Of a stretch of 64,000 bases of DNA, positions 10,756-22,422 are shown one piece after another. The position numbers and the translations under genes were made by a program. This stretch comes from Ignavibacteriota bacterium (lineage in GTDB: Bacteria > Bacteroidota > Ignavibacteria > UBA10030 > UBA6906), in NCBI GenBank assembly GCA_963702445.1, contig CAVPCZ010000012.1, positions 78,668 through 142,667 of the forward strand, given 5' to 3'. Within the stretch, counting starts at the first letter, position 1. Every line of letters begins with the position of its first letter. The notes under the pieces are model-generated. The model did not search any database. It was not told the DNA's origin and saw nothing but the letters and a program-made list of their open reading frames with translations.

Positions 10756-10818
10756 AGCAACTTCGTGTCTCCGTGCTCTCTCATTGATCGTCCACGCCAC
10801 CAATCTGGAAACATACAG

Positions 10819-13800
10819 ATGAAAACACTGACTCTCTTTCTTGTTTTGCTCCTCTGCCTGTCGCCGTTGCTCGGCTTACAGCCAAGCCAATACTCCCAGC
10901 ACTATTAGTACTACCACCAATACCACTATTATCCCGTTCGTGGCAACAGGCTACAGGTATCAGTTCGTGACGCAAAGATCCACCCTGATCTCGAAATTCT
11001 ACAAAGTCAGTTCCGATACCGGAACGGGGTGGCTGCTCGGAAACGGCGCCTTCGGGACCATCAACTCCACCTGCCCCATCAGCAATCCGGCCAATGTGAA
11101 GACCATCTGGCCGTCAAACAGGGACGTGCTGGTCAGGAAGCACTTCTATCTGCCGCCGGGGGCATCAAATGTGAAAGTCAATCTCGCTCTCGACAACGAC
11201 GCACAGGTCTGGATGAACGGGGTGGATATTTCCGCTGGAATGAAACACCACTATGATTGCGCTTCGCCCAATGATTATGTATTCAGCGTCCCCGCCAGCG
11301 TTTTGAAAGTCGGCGACAATCTCATCGCGTTCCGCGGCAAGTGGCACAATTCGCTGAGCTACGTGGATATTCAGGTGACCGGTCTCGTCTCGAAGACCAT
11401 CACGGCAAGTGCGGGACCACACGGTTCCATCACGCCGAGTGGCGCAGTCTCGGTCAGCCCCGGCGCAAATCAGACATTTAGGGTGAAGCCGGACACCGGG
11501 TACTACATCGCCACTCTTACCATCGATGGCAATCCGGTTCCCGTTTCCGGCAAAGACACTTCCATTACATTCACAACGTGACCGCAAATCACACGATCAG
11601 CGCCACCTTCCTGATCAAGACCTATACGCTGAGCCTCACCACAGTGAACGCGGGAACGGTAACCAGAAATCCCGAAGCAGCAAAATACGACAGCAATACC
11701 GTTGTCAAGTTGACGGCCACCGCCAAACCCGGATACCGATTCTCTGGCTGGAGCGGGGACACCAGCGGAACCGGAGGGGGCACGGCAAACCCGCTCGATG
11801 TGAGAATGAACAGGAACAAGGGTATCACGGCCACGTTTGTGGCGCAGTATGCGCTCTCCATCGACCCGGCTCCGGTGAATGGGTCGGTGGGCAAATCGCC
11901 CGATCTCGCGTTGTATGACAGTAATACGGTGGTCACGTTGACCGCCTTACGGAACACGGGATACTACTTCAATGGCTGGAGCGGGGACACCAGCGGCACC
12001 TTCAACCCGATCGATATGAAGGTGAACGGCAACAAGAAAGTGAGTGCGACGTTCGCCCGTATCACGTATGCGCTGAACGTCACAGCACAGCACGGAACCG
12101 TGACGAAGAGTCCGGCCAAGGCGGCATACGACAGTGGCACGGTCGTCCAGCTCACGGCCGCCGCAGCCCCCGGCTATTTCTTCGCCGGATGGAAAGACGA
12201 CACCGTGTCAATCGGTGAATCCCCTCGAAGTGCCGATGCGCAAAGTGTGGAATATCACAGCTGAATTCCGTGAGAAGTCCCCGTTACTCATTCAGCTGGA
12301 CAACTCGGAGGCTGCACTCCGCGCTGCCATTGAGCAGGCAAACAGCAATCCCGGCGCGGACACTCTGCAATTCACCGGTACAGGACCGATTACATTGAGC
12401 TCGCCGCTTCCGGTCAGTTCGGACGAGATCGTTATCGTCGGCGCAACGAACGGCGCGGGGCAACCGACAACAACCCTCACACCCGTGAATCAAAACACTC
12501 CCGGCATCACCAACGGTCTGGTTCAGTCGGGTCTCTTTCTGTACAACTGGGGGTACACTCCCCGGAAGAGCGTGATACGCAACCTTATTATCACCGGCTT
12601 TCCCGGTTCGGGAATCGAAATCCGGAGTGACAGCAATCGGGTTGAAGGGTGTATCATCTACGGCAACGGGGGGGATGGAATCTCCATCATCGACGGCAAC
12701 GGGAACAGGATTGGTGGGGTGAATCCCGGAGAAGGAAACGCCATCTACTCCAATGGCGGCGACGGCATTGCCGTGCGCCAGGTGTCTTCCCCGGTCCCAC
12801 CCTCCGGGAACGGTTTCCTGGGGAACAGCATTTACGGCAACGCGAAGCTCGGCATCGATCTTGGAGGCGATGACGTCACGGCAAACAGATACCAGCCGGG
12901 TCCTTCGCGGATTGAACAGCGGACTGATTCAGTTGTGGGAATCAACTACCGCCAGAACTATCCGATTCTCTTCTTTGCGTCCGTTGCAGGTTCAAGCCCG
13001 ACGTCAGTCGTTCAGGGCTCGCTGCTCAACTGGCCCAGGACGCGCTTCCGGATAGAAATCTTCCGCAATGTCGAAACCGACAATTCGGGGTTCGGCGAAG
13101 GAAAGACCCTCGTCGGATCACAGGTGGTGACAACGAACGATACCGGGTTCGTCTGGTTTGAGATCCAGACCGGCCCCCTTCAGGCCACGGATTTCGTCTC
13201 CGCCACGGCCACAGATTCGGCAAACAACAACACATCGGAATTCTCGGCGGCTCTCCCCGTAGGAGTCAGGACAAGGGTTTTCGGTCCGGGATATGTAGTC
13301 AACACCACGCTCGCCGGCATCCCTCTGCACTGGCCGGACGGGCAGGGGACATACATGGTCAGCGAGAGTGTTCCTCCGGATTTCAGGAATATCATTGCAG
13401 GTTCATTCGCTGCCTGGAATGGTCTTAGTGGAACAGGTCCGTCCGGGGCACCATGGAGCCTGAATTATACAAGCGGAGGAACAACAGCGTCGAGCCAATA
13501 TGGTGGATCCCCCGATGGACTCAACAACGTGGTCTGGGTCACCGGCGACTGGTCGGATATCACGGGGGCGGACCAGAACGTCGTTGCTGTTACACGCGTC
13601 CGTTATAAGGTATTCAACGGCGAGTTTTCAGACGTGGATATCGCATTCAACGTCAGAAGCAATTCAAACCCCAAGGGGTTCGAATTCTTCGACTCACCCG
13701 CAGATGACCCCGAGGGGACAAAGAAAGACCTTCAGAATGTCGCTGTCCATGAAATCGGTCACTACAGCGGTCTGGGTGATCTCTACAATCCCGGCTATCC

Positions 13801-16495
13801 CGGATACATACCCGCAATGGGCTCCGGAAACGAAACCTATACCATGTACGGCATTGTCAGGGGAAGCGAGACGATCAAGCGTGACCTGGCCCAGGCTGAT
13901 AAGGACGGGATCTCGTTCATCTATCAGAACGCTCCGAAGAGCGGCATCGATCTCATGCTCGTCTTCGATGGGTCGGCTACGTTCACGTCACAGTACGGGG
14001 CGTTGGATGCCTCGAAGAACAGTGCAATTGAACTGGTTCAACGCATGGGCGTAGGCGACAGGGTCGGGGTGATCAAGCTCCCCGGCACTCTGGTGCACCC
14101 CCTCACGGCGATTACCGATGGGCTTACAACAACCCGGACGGCAGTCATCGACGCAATCAACAACATTACCGTCGGCGGCACAAGCGGGATCGGAGAGGGC
14201 CTGCAAACGGGTCTGACACAACTCTCGGGCCTCACGAGCAACATCAAGGGAATGATCCTTTTCAGCGCGGGTGAGGAAACAGGGTCGCCATCCGCCCTGA
14301 GCGTGGTGCCCGGGCTCATCGCCGCGGACAGCGTTCGTCTTTATACACTCGGTTTCACAGGAAGCCCGGCCTCAGCCCAGGATCTGAACAGCAAACTGGC
14401 AAACCAGACCGGCGGCGCGTACTATCTCGCTTCGAGCGCAAATCTCAACCTGGTCACCAAAGAGATCTGGAACAAGCTGACCGGTCTGCAGCTCATCGCC
14501 TACACCACATTCACTTCCAACCTAAACGGATTCAACTGGCAGGGTGGTTTCAACTACCAGGGTGGCTTCAACTACCAGGGCGGATTCAACTACCAGGGCG
14601 GATTCAACTACCAGGGTGGCTTCAACTACCAGGGCGGATTCAACTACCAGGGCGCTGTAGACGAGGGAACAGTAAAAATCCTTCCGGGATTCAACTGGCA
14701 GGGAAGCACGGGGGACCTTGTGCTGGTACCTCCCCAGGATGATCTCGTTCTTGTTCCCGGCCCGGTAGGAGCAACAGCCCGGATTATCCCGGAAGCGAAT
14801 TCCGTGATAACTCCCGAGAACTGGGACAAAGTCCCTGTGCCGAACCGGTTCTTCACCAGCATCAAGTATGTGGTCGGCCCCACATTCAATTTCTACGAGG
14901 TTACCAACCCCAAACCCGGCAAATGGACACTCATCGCGGGGGGCAGCAGCACAAATCCGCCTGAGCCGGAACAACTTGACCTTTCCGTTATCGGCGTGAC
15001 CGACGTGGCCATGGAGACGTTCTTCGCTTCTTCATCGTATACGCCCGGACAGGAGATCCCGGTAACGGCCACGCTTTCTCAGGGAGGCCTCTCTCTCGGG
15101 GGTGAGCACATCTCGGGCGGGGCGTTGATCAATGATGCTCTGGTCCAGGCGGACGTTCTGCTCCCCGGCTCCGCCGCACCAGCCACCTTCACCCTCGCTC
15201 CGATAGGGAACGGACGCTATGCGGGGACGTTCACCAACACATCTGCAGGCGGGACCTACAAGTTCACGGTCCGCGCAACGGGAACCGTGACCGTGCCGGG
15301 CCCGACGGTGCCCGTGCAGGTTGAATTCTCGCGGCAACGCGAACAGTCGGTCTACGTCTTCAGTCCGTTCAATTCCAAAGCGGTGGTGTTTGCTACGAAC
15401 AGCATTCTCATCAAAGAGCAGACCACCATCGTTTCGGGAGACGTCGTCGTGAACAACACGAAACAGACTCCCGGTGTGGCAGGTGATTTCGAACTCCAGA
15501 TCAAGGAGCAGTCGGTCACACCGGCCGGCTATTCCCTGAAAGCACCGAGGATTTACATCAAGGAGCAGTCCTCGATCAACAGCGACGTCTGGTATTCGAG
15601 CCTCACGAGTCTGACGACCATCAGCCCGGCTCTTAAGCACACTCCCCTGTCGGTGCCGGTCCTGACGACACTCCCCCCATTCCAGGTTGCAGCGCCAGGA
15701 CAGGCGGATGTCAACGTTGCCTCGGGCCAGACAGTCACGCTCCCTCCGGGAGCCTACAGAAATGTCACCATCCAGGCATTCGGCCGACTGCAGTTTGTTG
15801 GAGGTCGGTATGACTTCAACAGTGTCACCGGATTGAGCAAAGCAAGACTTATGTTCTCAGCCGGCACAGAAGTCCGGATTGCCACGACCTGTGTGATCGC
15901 CGCACAGTCGTATGTCGGACCTGGTCCGGGCACCCCTCCGGTCGATGCCTCGGGGATCGTTTTCTACGTTGGTGGTGTCAGCACAGCCAATCCGGTTGTG
16001 CAGCTCGGTCCTCAAGACAGTGTGCTCGCGAACTTCTACGCCCCCAACGGCCCTATGCTGATCATGGAGCAGGCGAGGGCCACAGGCGCCTTCTTCGGCA
16101 AGGACATAACGGTGAAGGAACAGAGCCGGCTCACCCTGAGCAGCTATTTCCTCAGGAATGGAGCAGCCGCGCCGGGGAAGGAAAATGTGGCATCAGAACT
16201 CTCCCCGGAAGTCCCGCAGAGCGTTGCTCTGGACCAGAACTATCCCAATCCTTTCAATCCATCAACGCAGATCCGGTATGCGTTGCCGGCACAGCGCCAC
16301 GTGGCACTCTCGGTCTACAACGCCCTTGGCCAGGAAGTTGCGCGGCTCGTGGACGAGGTCCAGGAAGCCGGTTATCACGTGGTGCAATGGAACGGCACGA
16401 ATCAGAGCGGCGTGCTTGCAGGGACGGGCGTGTATTTCTGCCGGATCCAAACGGGGGATCTGGTGTTTACCAGGAAGATGCTCCTGATCAAGTAG
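10819..16495 (+). CDS. ~1890-aa T9SS-secreted mosaic protein: sugar-binding-like domain, InlB-B-like repeats, beta-helix, metzincin protease, vWA, GFNYQG repeats, second beta-helix, T9SS CTD (three frameshifts near 10876, 11575, 12210)
   Basis: MKTLTLFLVLLLCLSPLLG signal at 10819; repeated Y-x-F-x-GWSGD units; HEIGHYSGLGD plus Met-turn YTMYG; DLMLVFDGSAT (vWA); [13 protein letters not shown]...TRKMLLIK. Joins ORFs 10841, 11578 and 12134. Confidence 0.8.
14528..14653 (+). repeat. Seven tandem 18-bp units encoding GFN(W/Y)QG
   Basis: ggattcaactggcagggt followed by six ggNttcaactaccagggN units with synonymous variation; a further GFNWQG at 14687-14704. Confidence 0.95.
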
Positions 16496-16526
16496 TATTC
16501 CAAAAACCGTTCATTCCGGCGTAATG

Positions 16527-16566
16527 CCAGGCTACCACAGGTTTCTTCCTGTGGTAGCCTGGTTTT
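16527..16566 (+). terminator. Rho-independent terminator
   Basis: 15-bp perfect stem CCAGGCTACCACAGG/CCTGTGGTAGCCTGG followed by TTTT, 31 nt after the stop codon. Confidence 0.8.
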
Positions 16567-16575
16567 GTAGAGACC

Positions 16576-19500
16576 ATGATCTTTCCAGGGAAGCGCCATA
16601 TGTTGTACGCGAGACATGTTCCAGTCAACCATTCCACCCTGCCCGGGAGTTCCGGGCATCGATGGAACCGCCTGTTCACGATCCTCCTGATTGCCATAAC
16701 TCTCGCGGCCGGCGGACCCACGGCACACGCTCAGGAAAAGGTGGTCTTCCATCACCTCACCGTAAAACAGGGGCTCTCCCAGGGTTCGGTCAACTGCATT
16801 CTGCAGGACAGTAAGGGCTTCATCTGGCTGGGCACACAGGACGGATTGAACAGATTCGACGGATACAAGACGAGCGTGTTCAAGCACGATCCGGCGGATC
16901 CCAATACCCTCAACGACAACTGGATCCTCTCGATTGCGGAAGACTCGGGCGGAACACTCTGGGTGAGAACACTGAACAGCCCGCAGTTGAACCGCCTTGA
17001 TCGGGTCACGGAGACCTTCACGCACATAGCACGGGACAGCGTGGACCTGACCCGGGCACACAAGAACTCCGTCAAAGCCGAGTGCGACGAACCGTCGGGG
17101 GTGAGGTGGCGCGGCACGATCGGCGGAGGTGTCACGCGATTCGATCCCCGGACAGGCAAGACCACTGTCTACAAACATGACCCCGGGAATCCCCGGAGCC
17201 TGATTGACGACCGCGTCTACTCGATCTACCGGGATGGATCGAACACGATCTGGGTCGGTACGAAAGAAGGCCTGGACCGGTTCGACAGCTTCATTGATGG
17301 ATTCATCCACTACAGACACGACCCAAAGAATCCGGCCAGTCTGAGTGACAACTGGGTCTGGCCGATCCTGGAAGACCGGAGCGGCGTGCTCTGGATCGGG
17401 ACATTCCGTGGCGGGCTGAACCGATTTGACCGCGCCACACAGACGTTCACTCAGTACAGGCACGACGAATCGGATCCGCGGAGTCTCAGCGGCGATCAGT
17501 TGCTCTCTCTGTATCAGGACCGGTCCGGGATGATCTGGGTCGGCATGAACGATCGCGGCGTCGACCGTTTTCACCCTGAATTGCTCGCGTTCGGACATTA
17601 TTCGAACGACCCATCGAACCGCCTCAGCCTAAGCGACAACAACATCCTTTCCATACACGTCGGTCCATCAGGGATCCCCTGGATCGGAACCCGGGGCGGA
17701 GTCGACCGTTTCGACCGCAAGTCCAGGAGTTTTTCGCACTACCGCCATGACCCCGCCAATCCGAAGAGCATCGCCGACAACCAGGTCCAATGCATTCTTG
17801 AGGACTCTTCCGGCATGGTCTGGATGGGCACGGTGAGCAGCGGTCTCGACAGATTCGATCCAGGAACGAACGTCTTTACGCACTACAAACACGATCCCGC
17901 GAACCCCGCCAGCCTGAGTGACAATCGCGTCTATGCGCTGTGTGAAGGCCGCAACGGACAAATCTGGGTCGGCACGTACGGCGGCGGTCTCAACCGGTTG
18001 GATCCCGCAACGGGCAACTTCACGCGCTACACGCACAGCGATTCCATACCCGGGAGCCTGAGTGCACCGGGAGTCTTCGCCCTTTGCCTGGATCGCGAAG
18101 ACGCGCTCTGGGTCGGCACATTCGGCGGCGGTCTGGACAGGCTCAACCGGAATACAGGAACATTCACGCATTTCAAACACGGGGCATCCGATCCCGGCAG
18201 CCTGAGCGATGATCTCGTCGCCTGCCTGCACGAAGACCTCTCCGGAACGCTCTGGGTCGGCACGGCGGGCGGACTGAACCGCTTTGATCGTTCAACGGGC
18301 ACGTTCCGGCAGTACCGCGAGAAGAACGGGCTTCCGAACGACGTGGTGTTCGGAATTCTGGAAGACGGCCGCGGGAATCTCTGGATGAGCACAAACAAGG
18401 GGCTGTCAAGGTTTGACCCCCGGACCGAGACGTTCCGCAATTACGACTACAGCGACGGACTGCAGGGAGACGAGTTCAATCAGAATGCGTTCGCCAGGAA
18501 TCCCCTCACGGGAGAAATGTACTTCGGCGGGAGCAACGGTTTTACGGTCTTTCACCCGGACAGCGTCCGCCCGAATCCCTATGTTCCTCCGGTCGTCTTC
18601 AGTTCGTTCACCCGGTACAATACCGATGATGCGGAGGGGAAGCCGATAGAGGAAAAAGGGATCGACGCGAAGCCCGGACTCACCCTTTCCTACAAGGACA
18701 ATGTCGCCAACATCGAATTCGCCGCTCTGAGCTTCTACAACAACAGCAAGAACCGGTATTCCTACAGACTGGACGGATACAGCGACAACTGGATCCAGCT
18801 CGGCACCGAGCGGCGCGCCACATTCACCAATCTCGACGCCGGGGAGTATACGCTCCATGTGCGCGGTTCGAACAACGACGGCATCTGGAACGACACGGGC
18901 GCCGCGCTCCGGCTGACCGTGACACCCCCCTGGTGGAAAACCCGCTGGGCATACGCAGGGTATGGCCTGATGGCATTCAGTCTCCTGTACGGGCTGCGCA
19001 GATTTGAACTCAACCGGCGGGAGCAGAAAGCCCGCGTCCGCGAATCGGAACTCCGGGCGAAGGCCGCGGTTGCCGAAAAACGCGTCCTCGAAGCCGAGAA
19101 CGAACGAAAGAGCAAAGAGCTCGAAGACGCCCGCCAGCTGCAACTCTCGATGCTCCCGCGTGAAGTCCCCAGCATACCGGATTATGACATCGCCGTGTTC
19201 ATGAAGACCGCCACAGAAGTCGGCGGCGACTACTACGATTTCACCCGGGCCCAGGACGGTACACTCAACGTCGCCTTCGGGGACGCCACCGGACACGGGA
19301 TGCAGGCGGGCACCATCGTCACCCTCATGAAGGGGCTCTTTCTTTCTGATGCCGCGCACGTCGACATCCGGACATTCTTCAACCGTTGCAGCCTGACGAT
19401 GAAGGAGATCAAGCTGGGCAGGCTCTTCATGGCGTTCAATATGGTGCGTTTGAACGGAAAAAAGGTTAGCTTTTCGAGTGCCGGCATGCCACCCGCCTAT

Positions 19501-19827
19501 CTGCACAGGCACGCCACGGATGACCTGGAGGAGATTTTTCTCAAGGGAATGCCGCTGGGCGCGATGAAGAATTTCCCGTATGCCCTGCATGAAATGGAGA
19601 TGGAGCGGGGCGACACTCTTCTCTTCCTCACCGACGGGCTTCCGGAACAGAAGAACGTCGGCGGGGAGATGTTCGACTATGCCCGGGTGCAGCAAACATT
19701 CCGAGCGGCGCTTGCGGAGAAACCAGGGGACATCATCACCCGGCTTGTTGGAGCCGGCGAAACCTGGATGGACGGCGTACCACAGGATGATGACATCACG
19801 CTGCTTGTCATCAGGAAGACAGCGTAA
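16576..19827 (+). CDS. Periplasmic sensor (Reg_prop beta-propellers + Y_Y_Y) - TM - cytoplasmic SpoIIE/PP2C phosphatase
   Basis: Many ILEDxxGxLWxGTxxGLNRFD repeats, YSYRLDG...FTNLDAGEYTLHV, PPWWKTRWAY TM, VGGDYYD/GDATGHG/TDGL/DDITL. Alternative start 16600. Confidence 0.93.
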   Translation: MIFPGKRHMLYARHVPVNHSTLPGSSGHRWNRLFTILLIAITLAAGGPTAHAQEKVVFHHLTVKQGLSQGSVNCILQDSKGFIWLGTQDGLNRFDGYKTSVFKHDPADPNTLNDNWILSIAEDSGGTLWVRTLNSPQLNRLDRVTETFTHIARDSVDLTRAHKNSVKAECDEPSGVRWRGTIGGGVTRFDPRTGKTTVYKHDPGNPRSLIDDRVYSIYRDGSNTIWVGTKEGLDRFDSFIDGFIHYRHDPKNPASLSDNWVWPILEDRSGVLWIGTFRGGLNRFDRATQTFTQYRHDESDPRSLSGDQLLSLYQDRSGMIWVGMNDRGVDRFHPELLAFGHYSNDPSNRLSLSDNNILSIHVGPSGIPWIGTRGGVDRFDRKSRSFSHYRHDPANPKSIADNQVQCILEDSSGMVWMGTVSSGLDRFDPGTNVFTHYKHDPANPASLSDNRVYALCEGRNGQIWVGTYGGGLNRLDPATGNFTRYTHSDSIPGSLSAPGVFALCLDREDALWVGTFGGGLDRLNRNTGTFTHFKHGASDPGSLSDDLVACLHEDLSGTLWVGTAGGLNRFDRSTGTFRQYREKNGLPNDVVFGILEDGRGNLWMSTNKGLSRFDPRTETFRNYDYSDGLQGDEFNQNAFARNPLTGEMYFGGSNGFTVFHPDSVRPNPYVPPVVFSSFTRYNTDDAEGKPIEEKGIDAKPGLTLSYKDNVANIEFAALSFYNNSKNRYSYRLDGYSDNWIQLGTERRATFTNLDAGEYTLHVRGSNNDGIWNDTGAALRLTVTPPWWKTRWAYAGYGLMAFSLLYGLRRFELNRREQKARVRESELRAKAAVAEKRVLEAENERKSKELEDARQLQLSMLPREVPSIPDYDIAVFMKTATEVGGDYYDFTRAQDGTLNVAFGDATGHGMQAGTIVTLMKGLFLSDAAHVDIRTFFNRCSLTMKEIKLGRLFMAFNMVRLNGKKVSFSSAGMPPAYLHRHATDDLEEIFLKGMPLGAMKNFPYALHEMEMERGDTLLFLTDGLPEQKNVGGEMFDYARVQQTFRAALAEKPGDIITRLVGAGETWMDGVPQDDDITLLVIRKTA

Positions 19828-19929
19828 TGCCCCGGCCGGGCTCTGCGATGTCCCGTAACCCGGGTCGCTCAGGGGCGGAAATCATCACATAAGGCAGGCG
19901 AGGGGTTTTCAATTTTCCGGAGGTTGTGC

Positions 19930-20346
19930 ATGAATGATGCTGTCACGCTCAAGATGTCGCTCCCGCACATTCCCGACATCGAACTGGTAGCCCTGGAAGG
20001 GCTGGACCGGCTGGCACGCCACCTCGGCATCGCCGACGAGAAGATCGGGGAGGCAAAACTCGTGGTCACGGAAGCGATCATCAATGCCCTCGAGCACTCG
20101 GGTGACAAGAACCCGGTCGTCCGCGTCGAGTTCACGATGACCCCAAAGGAACTCACGGTTTTCGTGCGGGACTACGGGAAGGGGTTCGAACCCTCGGCGG
20201 TTGAAGATCCGGATATCCAGGCGAAAATGGGGAGTAAGAACAAGAGGGGATGGGGACTCAAAATCATGCAATCCCTTTCAGACGGCTTCCGGATTCAATC
20301 GGGGAAGACCGGAACAAAAATCACGATCACCAAGCTGCTGAGCTAA
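19930..20346 (+). CDS. rsbW: Anti-sigma factor Ser kinase (RsbW/SpoIIAB family)
   Basis: TEAIINALEH (N box), VRDYGKGF (G1), RGWGLKIMQSLSD (G2), GTKITI. Confidence 0.9.
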   Translation: MNDAVTLKMSLPHIPDIELVALEGLDRLARHLGIADEKIGEAKLVVTEAIINALEHSGDKNPVVRVEFTMTPKELTVFVRDYGKGFEPSAVEDPDIQAKMGSKNKRGWGLKIMQSLSDGFRIQSGKTGTKITITKLLS

Positions 20347-20349
20347 ACC

Positions 20350-20706
20350 ATGGAACAGCCTTTCACTCTGACATCAGAGATCAACCAGGAGCGTCTGATC
20401 ATCACCACATCCGGCTACGTGAACAACGTGGGCGGAGAGGCCATCGCGGAGGAATTTCAGCGCCACTTTGCCGATGGCGTCCGGAAAGTCATCATCAACC
20501 TCGGCCAATCCAAGGTGGTGAACTCCGTCGGTATGTCGTTCCTCATCGAGATTATTGAACAGCTCAATGAAGCGAACGGCCGGCTGGTCTTCACGAACCT
20601 GGACCCGGCGGTCGAGAAGATGCTGGCCATCATGGGGCTGTTCCAGTTTGCCGGCAAGGAAAACACCGTCGAGGATGCCCTCCTCTCCCTTTCCGGACAG
20701 GCGTGA
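20350..20706 (+). CDS. rsbV: STAS anti-sigma factor antagonist (RsbV/SpoIIAA family)
   Basis: 118 aa; KVIINLGQSKVVNSVGMSFL with phosphoacceptor Ser; directly follows rsbW. Confidence 0.88.
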   Translation: MEQPFTLTSEINQERLIITTSGYVNNVGGEAIAEEFQRHFADGVRKVIINLGQSKVVNSVGMSFLIEIIEQLNEANGRLVFTNLDPAVEKMLAIMGLFQFAGKENTVEDALLSLSGQA

Positions 20707-22325
20707 CGACCATCGAGGGACACCCCATGCCCGAACAGACACCGACCGACCTCCTGGCCCGGCAAATAGCATCACTCGGAGAGTCGTTCCGCGGACTGTC
20801 CAAAGCCGGCAACCTGAAGGATCTCGCCGGGCGTTTTTGCGGCTTCGTGCTTCAGCATTCAGGGGCGAGCGGCGTTTGCCTGTACCACCGCACCAGTGGT
20901 GGAGAATGGCAGGGCCTCTCTCAGGGGAACACAGGCACGACTCCTCCACTCCCGGCCTTTCCTGAAAACGGTTCGTTCGCTGTCACTCTGGAAGATGGGG
21001 AGACCCGCCTCCTTGCGGCGCAGAAACTCGTTGACGGCTCGGCACTCGGCATCGTTGTCGCCCGGAAGCCCGGAAGCCGCACAAGCACGGCAGATGAGAT
21101 CGTCTCCCTCCGTCTCTCCGCCACCCTTTTTGAGAATGCCTACCAGGCTTATCTCCACCGCCACAACGAAAAAGACCTGATCTTCTCGCTCAACCACCGC
21201 CTTCTCCAGCTCAACAGCCTGATCGACACGGGGATCGAAGTCGCGAAACTCGAACAAGACCTCCCACCCTACCGTCTTGCATTGGAACGCGCCGCCGCTC
21301 TCACCAACGCTTCCCTGGGGTCGGTTACTATTACACGGGACGGTTCGGTGGTGGAGCGTATCCCATTCCCGGCGGCTCTTCCGGATGGCGCCCATTCTCG
21401 GGGAGAGAGTCATATCAGTGCGGAATTCGCTTTCGGCGGGAGCACCTATCTCTTCGAACTGATGGACAAGGAGAGCCGGAAGGGCCTGGTCCCGTTCGAG
21501 GGGACTGACAAGCTTCTGCTGGACGCCCTCTCCCGCCAGGTCCAGGCTTCACTGGAGAACCGCTTCCTCCTCCAGCAGTCGCTGGAGAAGGAGAAAATGG
21601 AACGGGACCTTGCAGTCGCCGCCTCCATCCAGCAGAGGTTGCTTCCCGAAACCCTTCCCGTGATCGAGGGTTATGACTCAGCCGGCATTAACATCCCATC
21701 GAAGTCGGTGGGTGGCGACTACTACGACTGCATCCCGCTTTCTGACGGCAGGTATGCGCTGGTGATCGCCGATGTCGCGGGAAAAGGAATCCCCGCCGCG
21801 CTTCTCGTCAGCACACTCCACGCGTATCTCTCGGCCTACCTCGAAAGCGGCATGCCGCTCGTGGATCTGAGCGCCCGCCTCAACCGGATGATCCACAGGG
21901 CTTCAACAGACGACAAGTTCATTACGGCGTTTTTCGCCCTGCTGGATCCGCGTACGGGCTCCATGGAAACCGTCAACGCGGGGCACAATACGGTGTACTG
22001 GCGCCGTGCGGACGGGTCGGTGAATGAACTGAGCCTCGGGGGAATTCCGCTGGGTATGCTGGACATGGATCTCCCGTATCAGTCCGAGCAGTTTACGCTC
22101 GAAAGGGGCGACCGGATTCTTCTTTACACGGATGGCATCCCCGAGGCGCAGAACGAGGGGAACGAGTTGTATGAGACCGAGGTGCCTCTCAAGGACTTCT
22201 TTGCACGTACGGTACCCGACAAAGCGGACACGTTCATACAGCAGTTGATTGCCGACGTGAAGCGCTTCACGGGGAACGCGCCGCAGGCGGATGATATCAC
22301 TGCCCTGTACATGATGAGGCTTTAG
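20703..22325 (+). CDS. Cytoplasmic SpoIIE/PP2C phosphatase with N-terminal degenerate GAF-like regions (RsbU/RsbP-like)
   Basis: VGGDYYD, IADVAGKG, YTDGI, DDITAL; GTGA overlap with the rsbV stop. Confidence 0.9.
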   Translation: MTTIEGHPMPEQTPTDLLARQIASLGESFRGLSKAGNLKDLAGRFCGFVLQHSGASGVCLYHRTSGGEWQGLSQGNTGTTPPLPAFPENGSFAVTLEDGETRLLAAQKLVDGSALGIVVARKPGSRTSTADEIVSLRLSATLFENAYQAYLHRHNEKDLIFSLNHRLLQLNSLIDTGIEVAKLEQDLPPYRLALERAAALTNASLGSVTITRDGSVVERIPFPAALPDGAHSRGESHISAEFAFGGSTYLFELMDKESRKGLVPFEGTDKLLLDALSRQVQASLENRFLLQQSLEKEKMERDLAVAASIQQRLLPETLPVIEGYDSAGINIPSKSVGGDYYDCIPLSDGRYALVIADVAGKGIPAALLVSTLHAYLSAYLESGMPLVDLSARLNRMIHRASTDDKFITAFFALLDPRTGSMETVNAGHNTVYWRRADGSVNELSLGGIPLGMLDMDLPYQSEQFTLERGDRILLYTDGIPEAQNEGNELYETEVPLKDFFARTVPDKADTFIQQLIADVKRFTGNAPQADDITALYMMRL

Positions 22326-22422
22326 CACGACGAGCCGAAGATCAGTCTCCGCAGGAAACGGCGCCGCGGGCAGATGATATCGCGACCATGTACCTCGCAG
22401 GGAGGTGACGGCGAACGGCTCC

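Noticed and set aside
14528-14653. Possible CRISPR-like or non-coding repeat array
   Set aside because: Units are contiguous 18-mers with no spacers, in frame within a CDS and varying mostly at synonymous sites; no cas genes.
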